A stretch of DNA of 48,113 bases from an uncultured Bacilli bacterium (GCA_947632715.1 CANRQF010000002.1:1-48113), one strand, 5' to 3'. Positions 1-10,253 are shown, counted from the first letter of the stretch. The notes: a model not told the origin generated them from the letters alone. Made by a program: numbers and translations.

Positions 1-189
1 TATTGAAAATCTTATATTCAATGTCATTCCTTCTTTGTAATTCTACTTTACGTTAAATTTTTATGCGATTGCCTTAGGAAATATAAGATTAAATTTATTT
101 ATCTGTTATTTATTTTTTGTAAATATCAAAATATTAATAACAATTAATATCGTTAATAAGTTAATAATTATTGAATATAAAAACAAGAA

Positions 190-375
190 ATTGTTAATAA
201 CTTTTTGTTAGAAAGTCCAAAATATCTTATTATTATTATGTTTTTAACAATTTCAACATTAAATAAAATCTCTTTTTTTAAAAAAATTAATAAAAAAATG
301 TTGATAACGTTGAAAATTGTGTGTAATATAGATTTTATCTAAAAAAGTTAATGTTGAAAGTTTGTTAATAAAAAA
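190..375. promoter_or_regulatory. oriC left half: DnaA-box-like cluster upstream of dnaA
   Basis: TGTTGATAA at 299-307 has 1 mismatch to TGTGGATAA. TGTTAATAA occurs at 192-200 and 363-371, and TGTGTGTAA at 318-326. All sit in very AT-rich DNA immediately 5' of dnaA. Confidence 0.55.
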
Positions 376-446
376 GTTTAACTTGTAATAAATATTTATT
401 TAAGTTAAAATGAAATTGGGATATTTTTTGAAATGTGGGGTGAGGT

Positions 447-1835
447 ATGGAAACACATGATTTTTTTACTAAATTTCTAACTCTCATGAGTGAAAAAGTT
501 AGTGCTGGTTCTTATTCTGTTTGGTTTAGTAACTTAAAATTAGTTAGTATTACTGATTCAGAAATTATTGTTCAAGTACCTTTGCAAGCCCACAAAACTT
601 TATTAAAACAACAATACATGGATATTATTGATGAAGCTACAATAACATTGTTAGGTAAAAGTTATAATTATACGTTCTTAACTGCAGATGAACTTAATGA
701 AAATAATACTGTTACACAATTTTTGGATAACGATGATAATCATGATCATAATGATGATATACATAATAATGAAAAGAATGATTTAGAATGGGATACTAAC
801 TTAAATCCCTCAATGAATTTTGATAATTTTATTATAGGAGAATCAAATAGATTAGCATTTGTATCAGCGATGAATGTTGCTCAATCACCTAGTACAATTA
901 ATAATCCATTATTTATATATGGACGAAGTGGTATAGGTAAAACGCATTTAATGTATGCAATAGGTAATTATATTTATGAAAATTCAAATAAAAAAGTATT
1001 ATATACAACTAGTAATGATTTTAGAGATGAATATGTAGAAATATCGAAAAAGGAAAAAGGAAAAGAAACTATTGAATATGCTAATAAATTCAAGAATAAG
1101 TATCGTAATGTCGATGTATTACTAGTTGATGATATTCAATTTTTAGTTGGTAATGAAGGAACTCAACAAGAATTTTTCCACACATTTGAAGCATTATACA
1201 AAGCTAATAAACAAATAATTATATCTAGTGATCGAAGTCCAGATGATTTAAAGAAAATTGAAGATAGACTTAGAAGTAGATTTACTTGGGGACTTCCGGT
1301 TGATATTTATCCACCTGATTTTACATTAAGATGTGATATTATTAAACAACATTTAGAAAATACAAGTATTAAAGGAAAAATTAATAAAGATGTTATAGAG
1401 TATATTGCTAATGCTTGTCCAAACGATGTAAGACACATAATTGGTACAATTAATAGGTTGCTTGCTTATACTGCAATGATGAGACCAAAAGTAATTAATT
1501 TGGATTTTGCAATTGAGGCAATTAAAGATTATGTATCTACAAATATATATCAAGAGAATACTATTTCCCATATTCAAAAAGTAGTTGCTGATTTTTATAA
1601 AATAACCGTAGATGATTTAAAAAGTAAGAAAAGAAGTAATAATATAGCATGGCCAAGACATATAGCAATGTATTTATGCAGAATTGAAACAGAAGAAAAT
1701 TTACTAAAAATAGGGCAAGAATTTGGAGGGAGAGATCATTCAACAGTTATAGCAAGTTGTGACAAAATAAAAGCTGAATTAATTACTAATGAAACATTAA
1801 ATGATACTATAAAAGAAATAAAAGCTAAATTATAG
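447..1835 (+). CDS. dnaA: chromosomal replication initiator DnaA
   Basis: Walker A GRSGIGKTHL, Walker B LLVDDIQF, sensor/box VII SDRSP, C-terminal DNA-binding signature HSTV. GGGGTGAGG RBS lies before the ATG. Domain II carries an N/D/H-rich linker. Confidence 0.97.
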   Translation: METHDFFTKFLTLMSEKVSAGSYSVWFSNLKLVSITDSEIIVQVPLQAHKTLLKQQYMDIIDEATITLLGKSYNYTFLTADELNENNTVTQFLDNDDNHDHNDDIHNNEKNDLEWDTNLNPSMNFDNFIIGESNRLAFVSAMNVAQSPSTINNPLFIYGRSGIGKTHLMYAIGNYIYENSNKKVLYTTSNDFRDEYVEISKKEKGKETIEYANKFKNKYRNVDVLLVDDIQFLVGNEGTQQEFFHTFEALYKANKQIIISSDRSPDDLKKIEDRLRSRFTWGLPVDIYPPDFTLRCDIIKQHLENTSIKGKINKDVIEYIANACPNDVRHIIGTINRLLAYTAMMRPKVINLDFAIEAIKDYVSTNIYQENTISHIQKVVADFYKITVDDLKSKKRSNNIAWPRHIAMYLCRIETEENLLKIGQEFGGRDHSTVIASCDKIKAELITNETLNDTIKEIKAKL

Positions 1836-1839
1836 TTAA

Positions 1840-1916
1840 TTATTTGTTGATAAAATAGAACTTATCAACATTAAAAATCTAGATAATAAAAGAAAAATTA
1901 ATAAGTTATTAACAAT
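1840..1916. promoter_or_regulatory. oriC right half: DnaA boxes in the dnaA-dnaN spacer
   Basis: Inverted pair TGTTGATAA (1845-1853) and TTATCAACA (1862-1870), plus TTATTAACA (1906-1914), followed by a pure A/T tract. This matches the bipartite oriC layout known from Bacillus. Confidence 0.55.
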
Positions 1917-1960
1917 TTTAACAGTATAATAATAATAAATATATAGAAAGAAGGAATAAT

Positions 1961-3079
1961 ATGAAATTTGTTATTGATAAAAATATTTTATTAGAGGCTC
2001 TTACTAATGTTTCAAGAGCTATAGGAACTAGGACAACTATTCCTATATTAAATGGTATTAAAATAGATTTAAATTCAGATGGATTAAGTTTAATGGCTAG
2101 TGATTCAGAACTTACGATAAGAGTTATGATACCAGAAAAGGATATAAAGAAAATTGATAAAACAGGAAGTATGATTATTCAAAGTAAATATATTCTTGAT
2201 ATTATAAGAAAAATGCCAGCAGATATAATAAATTTTGAAGCAGAAGATGAAAGTAAATTAAAAATATATACAGATAATAATGAATTTAGTTTAAATTGTT
2301 ATGATATTAATGATTATCCAAATATAATATTAGAAGAAAGTAAAGAACCAATTACAATAAAAGATGAAGTTTTAAAAAGTATAATAAATGAAACTTCTTA
2401 TGCTGTATCAACACAAGAAGTAAGACCACTTTTAACAGGTGTTAATTTAAAAATAGTTGGTGATATATTAGAATGTATAGCAACAGATTCATATAGACTA
2501 GCTAAAAAAAATATTAAACTTGCCAATGTTGTTAATAATGCAATTAATATTGTAATTCCAGGTAAAAGTATTATTGAATTAGAAAAAATGTTAGATACGG
2601 ATGAAGATGTAATTATGCATATATTTAATAATAAAATATTATTTAAGTATAAAAATGTTGAATTTCAAACTAACTTATTGAGTGGAACATATCCTGATAC
2701 AAGTAATTTTATTCCTAATGAATTTGCATATATGATTAATTTAAATTTGAAAGATTTTAATGATGCAGTTGATCGTGCTTCTTTATTAGCAGTTAATAAA
2801 GATAAAAATATTGTAAAAGTTTTAATAGATAATAAAACGATGATTATTTCTTCATCATCAAATGAAATAGGTAAAACAGAAGAAAAATTAACAATAGAAT
2901 GTAGTAATAAAGAAAAATTGGAAATTGCATTTAGTTCAAGATATATGTTAGAAGCATTGAAAGTTATAAAAGATGATAGTATCTTATTATTAATTAATAG
3001 TGATGATAAGCCAATTTTAATTAAATCTATTAAAGATGAATCATTGGTAGAACTTATTTTACCAGTAAAAACATATTAA
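1961..3079 (+). CDS. dnaN: DNA polymerase III beta sliding clamp
   Basis: 372 aa, in the typical position after dnaA. N-terminus MKFVIDKNILLEAL...PILNGIKI and C-terminal LILPVKTY are characteristic of DnaN. Confidence 0.95.
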   Translation: MKFVIDKNILLEALTNVSRAIGTRTTIPILNGIKIDLNSDGLSLMASDSELTIRVMIPEKDIKKIDKTGSMIIQSKYILDIIRKMPADIINFEAEDESKLKIYTDNNEFSLNCYDINDYPNIILEESKEPITIKDEVLKSIINETSYAVSTQEVRPLLTGVNLKIVGDILECIATDSYRLAKKNIKLANVVNNAINIVIPGKSIIELEKMLDTDEDVIMHIFNNKILFKYKNVEFQTNLLSGTYPDTSNFIPNEFAYMINLNLKDFNDAVDRASLLAVNKDKNIVKVLIDNKTMIISSSSNEIGKTEEKLTIECSNKEKLEIAFSSRYMLEALKVIKDDSILLLINSDDKPILIKSIKDESLVELILPVKTY

Positions 3080-3106
3080 AAAGTTAGAAATTTACTAACT
3101 TTTTTT
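3078..3106 (+). terminator. rho-independent terminator after dnaN
   Basis: Stem AGTTAG (3082-3087) / CTAACT (3095-3100), extended by A/T pairs, then T6 at 3101-3106. Confidence 0.6.
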
Positions 3107-3181
3107 ATTATATAAGAAAAACTGACAATTTTTTTAAAATAGTTATGTTATAGTAGGCTTTAATTTTTTAGGAGGCCATGT

Positions 3182-3622
3182 ATGGATAACTATATAATTA
3201 ATGAAAATACGTTTGCAGTATTACAAAAAGATGATAAAGTAATTATCTATGATGTTGATAACTACAGAGTTATTAACAAAAAAATTAAAAGATTAATCAA
3301 TGATAATTGTTTAATATATGGTAGTGATTATTTAGGAAGAAAAAAATTTGCTCAAAAAATATTAAAAATAAAATACAAAGTACCAATTATTATATCTTTA
3401 TCTAAAAATATTATTCTTTTACAAATTAATAATTTAAGAAATGAGGATTGCTTATTTATTGTTGGGAACAAAGTAATAAACTATGAAAATAAGGAAGATA
3501 TGTTAAATATACAATTTGTTAATAACAAAGAATTAAAAACAAATATATCTATTTATAGATTTGAAAAATTGTTAATAAATTATCTTAAATTAATAAATTA
3601 TTTAAATTATCAAAATAAGTAA
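3182..3622 (+). CDS. ComK-family protein (short, 146 aa)
   Basis: By-eye alignment to B. subtilis ComK. NTFAVL matches GATIAVL. CLIYGSDYLGRKKFAQKILKIKYKVPIII matches CRFFGSSYAGRKAGTYEVTKISHKPPIMV. EDCLFIV matches PQCGWIS. AGGAGG sits 7 nt upstream of the ATG. Confidence 0.55.
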   Translation: MDNYIINENTFAVLQKDDKVIIYDVDNYRVINKKIKRLINDNCLIYGSDYLGRKKFAQKILKIKYKVPIIISLSKNIILLQINNLRNEDCLFIVGNKVINYENKEDMLNIQFVNNKELKTNISIYRFEKLLINYLKLINYLNYQNK

Positions 3623-3647
3623 AAATTTCTTTAAAAAGTACCTATTT

Positions 3648-3658
3648 TATGATATAAT
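3648..3658 (+). promoter_or_regulatory. extended -10 promoter element (TATGATATAAT) upstream of recF
   Basis: A TRTGnTATAAT-type extended -10 lies 67 nt upstream of the recF ATG. The same element recurs before dnaX (10779-10789), rpiB (35850-35860), hpf (39207-39217) and secA (40573-40583). Confidence 0.45.
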
Positions 3659-3724
3659 AAATATTAGGTATAGGAGTACTTAGATGCCTATTTTGTTAAA
3701 CAGCAACTAAAAGAAGGTTAAATT

Positions 3725-4810
3725 ATGAAAATATTGACATTAAAACTCTCCAATTTTAGAAATTATGAAAAACTAAAATTAATATTTAATGATAATTTAA
3801 ATATTTTTTATGGCAATAATGGAATAGGTAAAACAAATTTAGTGGAAGCTATATATGTTTTATCATTAACTAAATCTTTTAGAACAAATAATGATCGTAA
3901 TTTAATAAAAGATGGTGAAATAAGTACTAAAATAGAAGGCGAGGTAGAAACAAATACAACTAATGAATATGAAGTAGTAATTAATAAAGAAGGAAAAAAA
4001 GTAAAAATTGATAATAATGTTGTATCAAAACTAAGTGAATATATATCTAAAATTAATATTGTATTATTGGAAGCTGATGAACAAATTATATTTGAAGAAA
4101 GTCCTTCAGAACGAAGAAAATTATTAAATATTGAATTATGTAATATAAAAAATGATTATATTATTTATTTAAATAATTATAATAAGATATTAAAACAAAG
4201 AAATTTTTATTTAAAAGAATTATATTTAAATAGTAATGGTAGTTTAGAATATCTAGATATATTAACTAAAAAATTGATTGAATATGGTAAAAAAATATAT
4301 GATTATCGAAAAGAATTTATAGATAATATTAATAAATATATATCTGATAAGTATAAAAGTATTTTTGAATATGGTGATATATTTATAAAATATAATAGTG
4401 ATTATACTAAAAATGAAGATGAGATATTTAATTATTATAAAATTAATTATAATAAAGAATTGAATTTAGGAAAAACGTTATATGGGATTCATCATGATGA
4501 TATAATTTTTCAATTAAATAAAAAAGATATAGCAATATGGGGGAGTAATGGTCAAAAAAAGAATGCAATTATTGCTTTTAAATTAGCTTTAATAGAATTA
4601 ATATATGCTGAAAAGGGTAGTTATCCAATTTTAATTTTAGATGATTTATTTAGTGCTTTAGATAATTTAAAAGTTAAAAATATTATTAAGATATTATCAG
4701 ATAATATTCAAACATTTATTACAACAACAGACTTAGAAAAAATTGATAATTCTTTATTAGAGAAAGCAGATATATTTGATATAGGTAATTGTGGTGTGTT
4801 TAATGAATAA
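3725..4810 (+). CDS. recF: DNA replication/repair protein RecF
   Basis: N-terminal LKLSNFRNYEKL...GNNGIGKTNLVEAI (Walker A), C-terminal ILILDDLFSALD (Walker B), with dnaN-recF-gyrB synteny. Confidence 0.9.
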   Translation: MKILTLKLSNFRNYEKLKLIFNDNLNIFYGNNGIGKTNLVEAIYVLSLTKSFRTNNDRNLIKDGEISTKIEGEVETNTTNEYEVVINKEGKKVKIDNNVVSKLSEYISKINIVLLEADEQIIFEESPSERRKLLNIELCNIKNDYIIYLNNYNKILKQRNFYLKELYLNSNGSLEYLDILTKKLIEYGKKIYDYRKEFIDNINKYISDKYKSIFEYGDIFIKYNSDYTKNEDEIFNYYKINYNKELNLGKTLYGIHHDDIIFQLNKKDIAIWGSNGQKKNAIIAFKLALIELIYAEKGSYPILILDDLFSALDNLKVKNIIKILSDNIQTFITTTDLEKIDNSLLEKADIFDIGNCGVFNE

Positions 4811-4843
4811 TAGATTTTTAAAACGATAAAGAAGGGTGGTAAT

Positions 4844-6772
4844 ATGGAAGAGAATAATTTACATTATAGTGAAAGTGATATTCAAGTATTAGAAGGACTA
4901 GAAGCAGTTCGTAAAAGACCAGGTATGTATATTGGTACTACTGATGTTAAAGGTCTTCATCATTTAGTATGGGAAATTGTTGATAATGCTATAGATGAAG
5001 CTTTAGCAGGTTTTTGTAATCATATTGAAGTTGTAATAAATAAAGATAATTCTATAACTGTAAAAGATAATGGACGTGGTATTCCAGTTGGAATTCATCC
5101 TAAAACAGGTATTTCAACAGTTGAAACCGTTTATACAGTATTACATGCTGGAGGTAAATTTGGTGGCGGTGGCTACAAAGTAAGTGGTGGACTTCACGGT
5201 GTTGGTGCATCAGTTGTTAATGCTCTTTCTAAATGGGTTGTTGTAACTGTTTATAAAGATGGAAAAATATATGAAACAAAATTTGAAAATGGTGGAAAAA
5301 CTGTTCAAAAACTTACAGAAATAGGTACATGTGAACTTAATAGAACAGGAACGACAGTTTCTTTTAAGCCTGATCCTGAAATATTTGATACTGATATTTA
5401 TGATTATGAAACTTTAAAAGTAAGAATTAGAGAATTAGCATTTTTAAATAAAGGATTATCTCTTACAATAAGAGATGATAGAGATATGGAAGATACTACT
5501 GGCGAAAATTTCCTTTATGAAGGTGGAATATCTGAATATGTTCGATTTATAAATCAAGGAAAAAATGTATTGCATGATGAGATAATTCATTTAACTGGTG
5601 AAAAAGATGGCATTATGTTTGAAGTAGCTATGCAATATAATTCTGGATATAATGAAAATATTTATTCATTTGTAAATAATATTAATACGCATGATGGTGG
5701 TACCCATGAAGATGGTGTAAAAAGAGCTTTAGTTAGAGTTATTAATAATTATGCGAGAAAAAATAATATATTAAAAGAAAAAGATGAAAATTTAAAAGAA
5801 GACGATGTTAAAGAAGGATTAACGATGATTATTTCCTGCAAACATCCAGATCCACAATTTGAAGGTCAAACTAAAGGTAGATTAGGAAATTCAGAAGTTA
5901 AAAATTTAGCTGATAGTGTGTTTTCTGAAGGGTTTGAACAATTTTTATTAGAAAATCCTGATTATGCTAAAATAATTATTGGCAAAGCAGTATTAGCAAG
6001 AGATGCGAGAATGGCTGCTAAAAAGGCTAGAGAAGCAACAAGAAAAAGTGATTTAGCTACAACTAATTTCTTTGGAAAATTATCTGATTGTAAGAGTAAA
6101 GATCCTACTATTTCAGAAATATTTATTGTCGAGGGAGATTCAGCTGGTGGTTCAGCAAAAGAAGGTAGAGATTCGATGACACAAGCTATTCTTCCATTAA
6201 GAGGTAAAATATTAAATGTTGAAAAAGCGAGATTAGATAAAGCACTAGGTAATGAAGAAATTAAAACAATTATTACAGCATTTGGTACAGGTATTGGTGA
6301 ATATTTTGACTTATCAAAATTAAGATATGATAAAATAATTATAATGACCGATGCCGATGTTGATGGTGCTCATATTCGTGTTTTATTATTAACTTTATTT
6401 TATCGATTCTTTAAGCCAATTGTTGAAGCTGGACATGTTTATGCAGCGCAACCACCTTTATTTAGAATAATGCATGGAAAAACAAGAAAATATGTATTAG
6501 ATGAACAAGAAAAAGAAGAATACTTAGCATCACTACCTGAAAATGTGAGAAATCGTGCTGAGATAGCTCGAATGAAAGGTTTAGGAGAAATGGATGCTGA
6601 AGAATTAAATGAAACAACAATGGATATTAATAAGAGAATATTAAGAAAAATTACAGTTGGCGATTGTATAGCAGCAGATGCTATTTTTGAAAAATTAATG
6701 GGTGATGAAGTTGAACCAAGAAGAGCATTCATAGAAGAAAACGCTATAAAAGTTAAAAACTTAGATGTTTAG
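4844..6772 (+). CDS. gyrB: DNA gyrase subunit B
   Basis: [32 protein letters not shown], Toprim [15 protein letters not shown] and [12 protein letters not shown]. Confidence 0.98.
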   Translation: MEENNLHYSESDIQVLEGLEAVRKRPGMYIGTTDVKGLHHLVWEIVDNAIDEALAGFCNHIEVVINKDNSITVKDNGRGIPVGIHPKTGISTVETVYTVLHAGGKFGGGGYKVSGGLHGVGASVVNALSKWVVVTVYKDGKIYETKFENGGKTVQKLTEIGTCELNRTGTTVSFKPDPEIFDTDIYDYETLKVRIRELAFLNKGLSLTIRDDRDMEDTTGENFLYEGGISEYVRFINQGKNVLHDEIIHLTGEKDGIMFEVAMQYNSGYNENIYSFVNNINTHDGGTHEDGVKRALVRVINNYARKNNILKEKDENLKEDDVKEGLTMIISCKHPDPQFEGQTKGRLGNSEVKNLADSVFSEGFEQFLLENPDYAKIIIGKAVLARDARMAAKKAREATRKSDLATTNFFGKLSDCKSKDPTISEIFIVEGDSAGGSAKEGRDSMTQAILPLRGKILNVEKARLDKALGNEEIKTIITAFGTGIGEYFDLSKLRYDKIIIMTDADVDGAHIRVLLLTLFYRFFKPIVEAGHVYAAQPPLFRIMHGKTRKYVLDEQEKEEYLASLPENVRNRAEIARMKGLGEMDAEELNETTMDINKRILRKITVGDCIAADAIFEKLMGDEVEPRRAFIEENAIKVKNLDV

Positions 6773-6781
6773 GAGGTTGGT

Positions 6782-9400
6782 ATGGATAACGAAGATAAAA
6801 ATATAACAAATATTGATGAAAATTTAGAAAATGAATCAGAAAATATAGAAGAAGAAACAATAAATGAAACAGATTTTGGTGGTGAATTTCATGAAAGAGA
6901 TTCTCACAAAGAAAACAACATTGTAGATGAAGTTAAAGATTCATTTTTAGATTATTCAATGAGTGTTATTACATCAAGGGCTATACCTGATTTAAGAGAT
7001 GGATTAAAGCCTGTTCATAGACGTATTTTGTGGTCAATGTATGAAGAAGGAAATACCCCAGATAAACCACATAGAAAATCTGCAACAACAGTTGGTAACG
7101 TTATGGGACATTATCATCCACATGGAGATTCATCTATTTATGAAGCAATGGTTCGTTTAGCTCAAAGTTTTAATCAAAGATATATGCTTATTGATGGTCA
7201 TGGTAACTTTGGTAATATAGAAGGTGATGGAGCAGCTGCTTATCGTTATACAGAAGCAAGACTTGCAAAAATTTCTTTAGAATTATTAAGAGATATTAAT
7301 AAAGATACAGTTGATATGATACCTAATTATGATGAAACTTTGGAAGAACCTAAAGTTTTACCATCAAGATTTCCAAATATTTTAGTTAATGGATCTATGG
7401 GTATTGCTGTAGGTATGGCAACCAATATTCCTCCACATAATTTAGGTGAAATAATTGATGGATGTGTTGCTTATATTGATAATCCTGAAATTGATACTCT
7501 TGGTTTAATGCAATATATAAAAGGACCGGATTTTCCAACTGGAGGCATAATCTTAGGTAATTCAGGAATTAAGAAAGCATATGAAACTGGTCGTGGATCA
7601 ATTACAATTAGAAGTAGAGCTAGTATAGAAGAACATAATAATCATAGTGTTATTGTGATAACCGAAGTTCCATATGGAGTAAATACACAAGAATTAAAAG
7701 ATAAAGTCGCAGAACTAGTAAGAGATAAAGTTATTGATGGAATAACAGATTATCATACAGATTTAAAAGATGGTGTAAAAATTACTATTACGTTAAAAAG
7801 AGATGCAAATGCTCAAGTAATATTAAATAATTTGTATAAACATACATCTTTTCAAGTAAATTATGGTATTATTTTCTTAATGCTTGATAATGGTACACCA
7901 AAAACTCTTGGTTTAAAAGATATAATTTCTAAGTATATTGATCATCAAAAGGAAGTTATAATAAGAAGAACTCGCTTTGACTTAGCAAAAGATGAAAAAA
8001 GAGTACATATTTTAGAAGGCTATAAAATTGCTCAAGATAATATAGATGAAGTTGTTAGTATAATTAAAAATGCTTTAGATGATTTAGATGCAAAAACTAA
8101 ATTAATTAGTCGTTTTTCTTTATCTGAAGTTCAAGCTGATGCTATATTAGAATTAAAATTACGTAGATTAACAGGTTTGGAAAGAGATAAAATTGAAGAA
8201 GAATTAAATGCTTTATTAAAAGAAATAGAAGAATTAAAAGCAATTTTAGCATCTGAACAAAAAGTATTAGATATAATTAGAAAAGAATTATTGGAAATAA
8301 AAGATAAATATGCTGATGAAAGAAGAACAACAATTGATATGACCGCAATTGATTATATTGAAGATGAATCTTTAATTCCAGTAGAAGATTCTATGATAAT
8401 AGTTACTGATAAAGGGTATGTAAAAAGAACTAAAAATGATACATTTAAGATTCAAAATCGTGGTGGTGTAGGTATTAAAGGCTTAACTACAACAGATGAT
8501 GATTTTGTAAGTCATTTATTAAATATTAAAACACACGATTATGTTATGTTCTTTACTAATAAAGGTAAAGTGTATAGATTAAAAGGCTATGAAATCCCAG
8601 AATTTAGTAGACAATCAAAAGGATTACCAGTAATTAATCTTTTACAAATTGAAAAAGGCGAAAAAATTAATACTATAATTAAGGTAACGAATGATGATGA
8701 AGCTAAATATTTAATGTTTGCAACAAAGAAAGGTATTGTTAAACGTACCGATATAAAAGAATTTGAAAATATTAGAAATTCTGGTAAATTATGTATTAAT
8801 TTAAAAAATAATGATGAATTACTTGCTGTTAAAAAGACGAATGGTAATAATGTAATCTTATTAGGTAGTAGTAATGGTAGAATGGTTAAATTTGATGAAA
8901 ATGAGATTAGAGCAATGGGTAGAACTGCTACGGGAGTAAGAGGAATTAACCTTGGAGATAATGATAATACTTGTATTTGTTGTGAAGTTGCTAATGAAGA
9001 ATCAATGCTTTTATTAGTAACAGAAAAAGGTTATGGAAAACGTACTAAAGTTAGTGATTTTAGACAAACAAAACGTGGTAGTAAAGGTGTTCTTGCTTTA
9101 AATATCACTGAAAAAAATGGTAAATTAATTGCTTCTAAAGTTGTTGAAGAAGATAAAGCTGCTGTAATAATGACTAACGCAGGTATAACAATTAAATTGC
9201 CTGTTGATCAAATATCTATTTTAGGTAGAGTAACTCAAGGATTAAAATTAATTTCATTACGTGATAATCAAACTGTTGCTACGGTTAGTGTTGTTGAAAA
9301 AAATCAAGAAAATGAAGAATTAATTGAAAATGAAACAACTGAAAATAGTGAGCAGGTAGATGATTCACAAGTAATAGTAGAAAACGAGAATCACAATTAA
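6782..9400 (+). CDS. gyrA: DNA gyrase subunit A
   Basis: [36 protein letters not shown] (QRDR), catalytic-Tyr region [11 protein letters not shown], and a beta-pinwheel CTD. It has an acidic N-terminal extension of about 45 aa and an acidic C-terminal tail. Confidence 0.97.
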   Translation: MDNEDKNITNIDENLENESENIEEETINETDFGGEFHERDSHKENNIVDEVKDSFLDYSMSVITSRAIPDLRDGLKPVHRRILWSMYEEGNTPDKPHRKSATTVGNVMGHYHPHGDSSIYEAMVRLAQSFNQRYMLIDGHGNFGNIEGDGAAAYRYTEARLAKISLELLRDINKDTVDMIPNYDETLEEPKVLPSRFPNILVNGSMGIAVGMATNIPPHNLGEIIDGCVAYIDNPEIDTLGLMQYIKGPDFPTGGIILGNSGIKKAYETGRGSITIRSRASIEEHNNHSVIVITEVPYGVNTQELKDKVAELVRDKVIDGITDYHTDLKDGVKITITLKRDANAQVILNNLYKHTSFQVNYGIIFLMLDNGTPKTLGLKDIISKYIDHQKEVIIRRTRFDLAKDEKRVHILEGYKIAQDNIDEVVSIIKNALDDLDAKTKLISRFSLSEVQADAILELKLRRLTGLERDKIEEELNALLKEIEELKAILASEQKVLDIIRKELLEIKDKYADERRTTIDMTAIDYIEDESLIPVEDSMIIVTDKGYVKRTKNDTFKIQNRGGVGIKGLTTTDDDFVSHLLNIKTHDYVMFFTNKGKVYRLKGYEIPEFSRQSKGLPVINLLQIEKGEKINTIIKVTNDDEAKYLMFATKKGIVKRTDIKEFENIRNSGKLCINLKNNDELLAVKKTNGNNVILLGSSNGRMVKFDENEIRAMGRTATGVRGINLGDNDNTCICCEVANEESMLLLVTEKGYGKRTKVSDFRQTKRGSKGVLALNITEKNGKLIASKVVEEDKAAVIMTNAGITIKLPVDQISILGRVTQGLKLISLRDNQTVATVSVVEKNQENEELIENETTENSEQVDDSQVIVENENHN

Positions 9401-9403
9401 TTT

Positions 9404-9432
9404 AAAGCATAGGTGTTTTACCTATGCTTTTT
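9404..9432 (+). terminator. rho-independent terminator after gyrA
   Basis: 10-bp stem AAAGCATAGG (9404-9413) / CCTATGCTTT (9421-9430), 7-nt loop, T-run. Confidence 0.7.
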
Positions 9433-9479
9433 ATACAATTTGATATTATCAAAATGATATTAACAAAGTATCAATAACT

Positions 9480-9497
9480 ATGTTTCGCGTGAAACAT
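9480..9497. other. parS-like site 1 (variant, centre CGCG: ATGTTTCGCGTGAAACAT)
   Basis: One mismatch to the perfect palindrome. Flanks extend the pairing (AACT...AGTT). Confidence 0.65.
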
Positions 9498-9646
9498 AGT
9501 TACACACATTTTAAAATAATAATAATTTATTTTAATTTTATATATCTATAGGAGTTATTTTAAAAATAGTAATATAATTAAACAATAATTAAATCAAATT
9601 TACTTAATATAAAAAATTTATTAAACATATCTAATAAAAGTTTTTA

Positions 9647-9664
9647 ATGTTTCACGTGAAACAT
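9647..9664. other. parS site 2
   Basis: Perfect 18-mer, embedded in a 30-bp perfect palindrome at 9641-9670 (TTTTTAATGTTTCACGTGAAACATTAAAAA). Confidence 0.8.
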
Positions 9665-9748
9665 TAAAAATATCAACTAATTAAATTCAAATTAATAAAT
9701 TAGCAATTTTTTTATGTATTCTTTGTAATTTCTAAAAAAATTAGTACA

Positions 9749-9766
9749 ATGTTTCACGTGAAACAT
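9749..9766. other. parS site 3
   Basis: Perfect ATGTTTCACGTGAAACAT. Confidence 0.8.
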
Positions 9767-9875
9767 ATAAAAATAATCTAATTATCAAAATATTATTTTT
9801 AATTTCATAGTATATATATTAAATAATATTAAAACATATAATTTAAAATACATTTATTATACAAAAAATAAATCA

Positions 9876-9893
9876 ATGTTTCACGTGAAACAT
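9876..9893. other. parS site 4
   Basis: Perfect 18-mer. The palindrome extends to 24 bp (TCAATG...CATTGA, 9873-9896). Confidence 0.8.
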
Positions 9894-9952
9894 TGATTGG
9901 TAAAATACGTTAAATAAAATTTTGAAGTCTTAATAATTATTAAAAGTTAATT

Positions 9953-9970
9953 ATGTTTCACGTGAAACAT
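9953..9970. other. parS site 5
   Basis: Perfect ATGTTTCACGTGAAACAT. Confidence 0.8.
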
Positions 9971-10197
9971 AGTAATATTTTATTTTTTTTAATTGCATTA
10001 TAATTCAATTAATTATTTTTTTATATTTAACTTATTAAATTAATAAGAAAATAAGCAATAATAATGTTAAAAATGCTTTGAATTAGAGTATTGATAAACA
10101 AAAATTAATATATAATATAAATGATCAAAATAATAATATTATAATAATTAAATTGGATAACAATGTAAATTATATGTATTTTAATTATATTAAAACA

Positions 10198-10215
10198 ATG
10201 TTTCACGTGAAACAT
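10198..10215. other. parS site 6
   Basis: Perfect 18-mer that ends 5 bp upstream of the predicted -35 of the SRP RNA promoter. Confidence 0.8.
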
Positions 10216-10220
10216 TAAGT

Positions 10221-10249
10221 TTGCATAACTAATAATAATATGCTAATAT
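10221..10249 (+). promoter_or_regulatory. sigma-A-type promoter for the SRP RNA
   Basis: TTGCAT (10221-10226), 17-nt spacer, TAATAT (10244-10249). This places the predicted start about 7 nt downstream, at the 5' arm of the SRP RNA helix. Confidence 0.45.
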
Positions 10250-10253
10250 TAAG

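Larger units (their letters stand above)
9480..10215. repeat. array of six parS (ParB/Spo0J binding) palindromes
   Basis: ATGTTTCACGTGAAACAT occurs six times in ORF-free DNA. The inner 16 nt TGTTTCACGTGAAACA fits the parS consensus tGTTnCACGTGAAACa exactly. Spacings are irregular (167, 102, 127, 77, 245 bp). Confidence 0.8.

Noticed and set aside
1-27. Possible minus-strand gene start (ATG complement at 25-27, GAAGG RBS complement at 29-33) running off the left edge (MTLNIRFSI...).
   Set aside because: Only 9 codons are visible. The peptide does not resemble rpmH, which often precedes dnaA. It cannot be supported from this window.
1353-1743. Antisense ORFs inside dnaA (1353-1577 and 1561-1743). 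Similar shadow ORFs occur at 6439-6732, 10659-10877, 10934-11143, 13761-13958, 14177-14425, 16589-16780, 17980-18177, 20725-21012, 22819-23154, 30007-30207, 31206-31481 and 36003-36302.
   Set aside because: Each lies fully inside, or mostly overlaps, a confidently identified gene. They encode low-complexity I/F/L/N-rich peptides, lack RBSs, and are the expected frame shadows in AT-rich coding DNA.
6782-6950. The 45-aa acidic N-terminal extension of GyrA, as a possible mis-called start or novel domain.
   Set aside because: There is no alternative in-frame ATG before the conserved YSMSVI region, and a GGAGG RBS precedes 6782. The low-complexity D/E/N tail is plausible in this composition, and nothing further can be tested by eye.
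9480-10215. Could the six 18-bp repeats be a CRISPR array?
   Set aside because: The repeats are perfect palindromes of only 18 bp. The spacers range irregularly from 59 to 227 bp. There are no cas genes. The core matches the parS consensus exactly.
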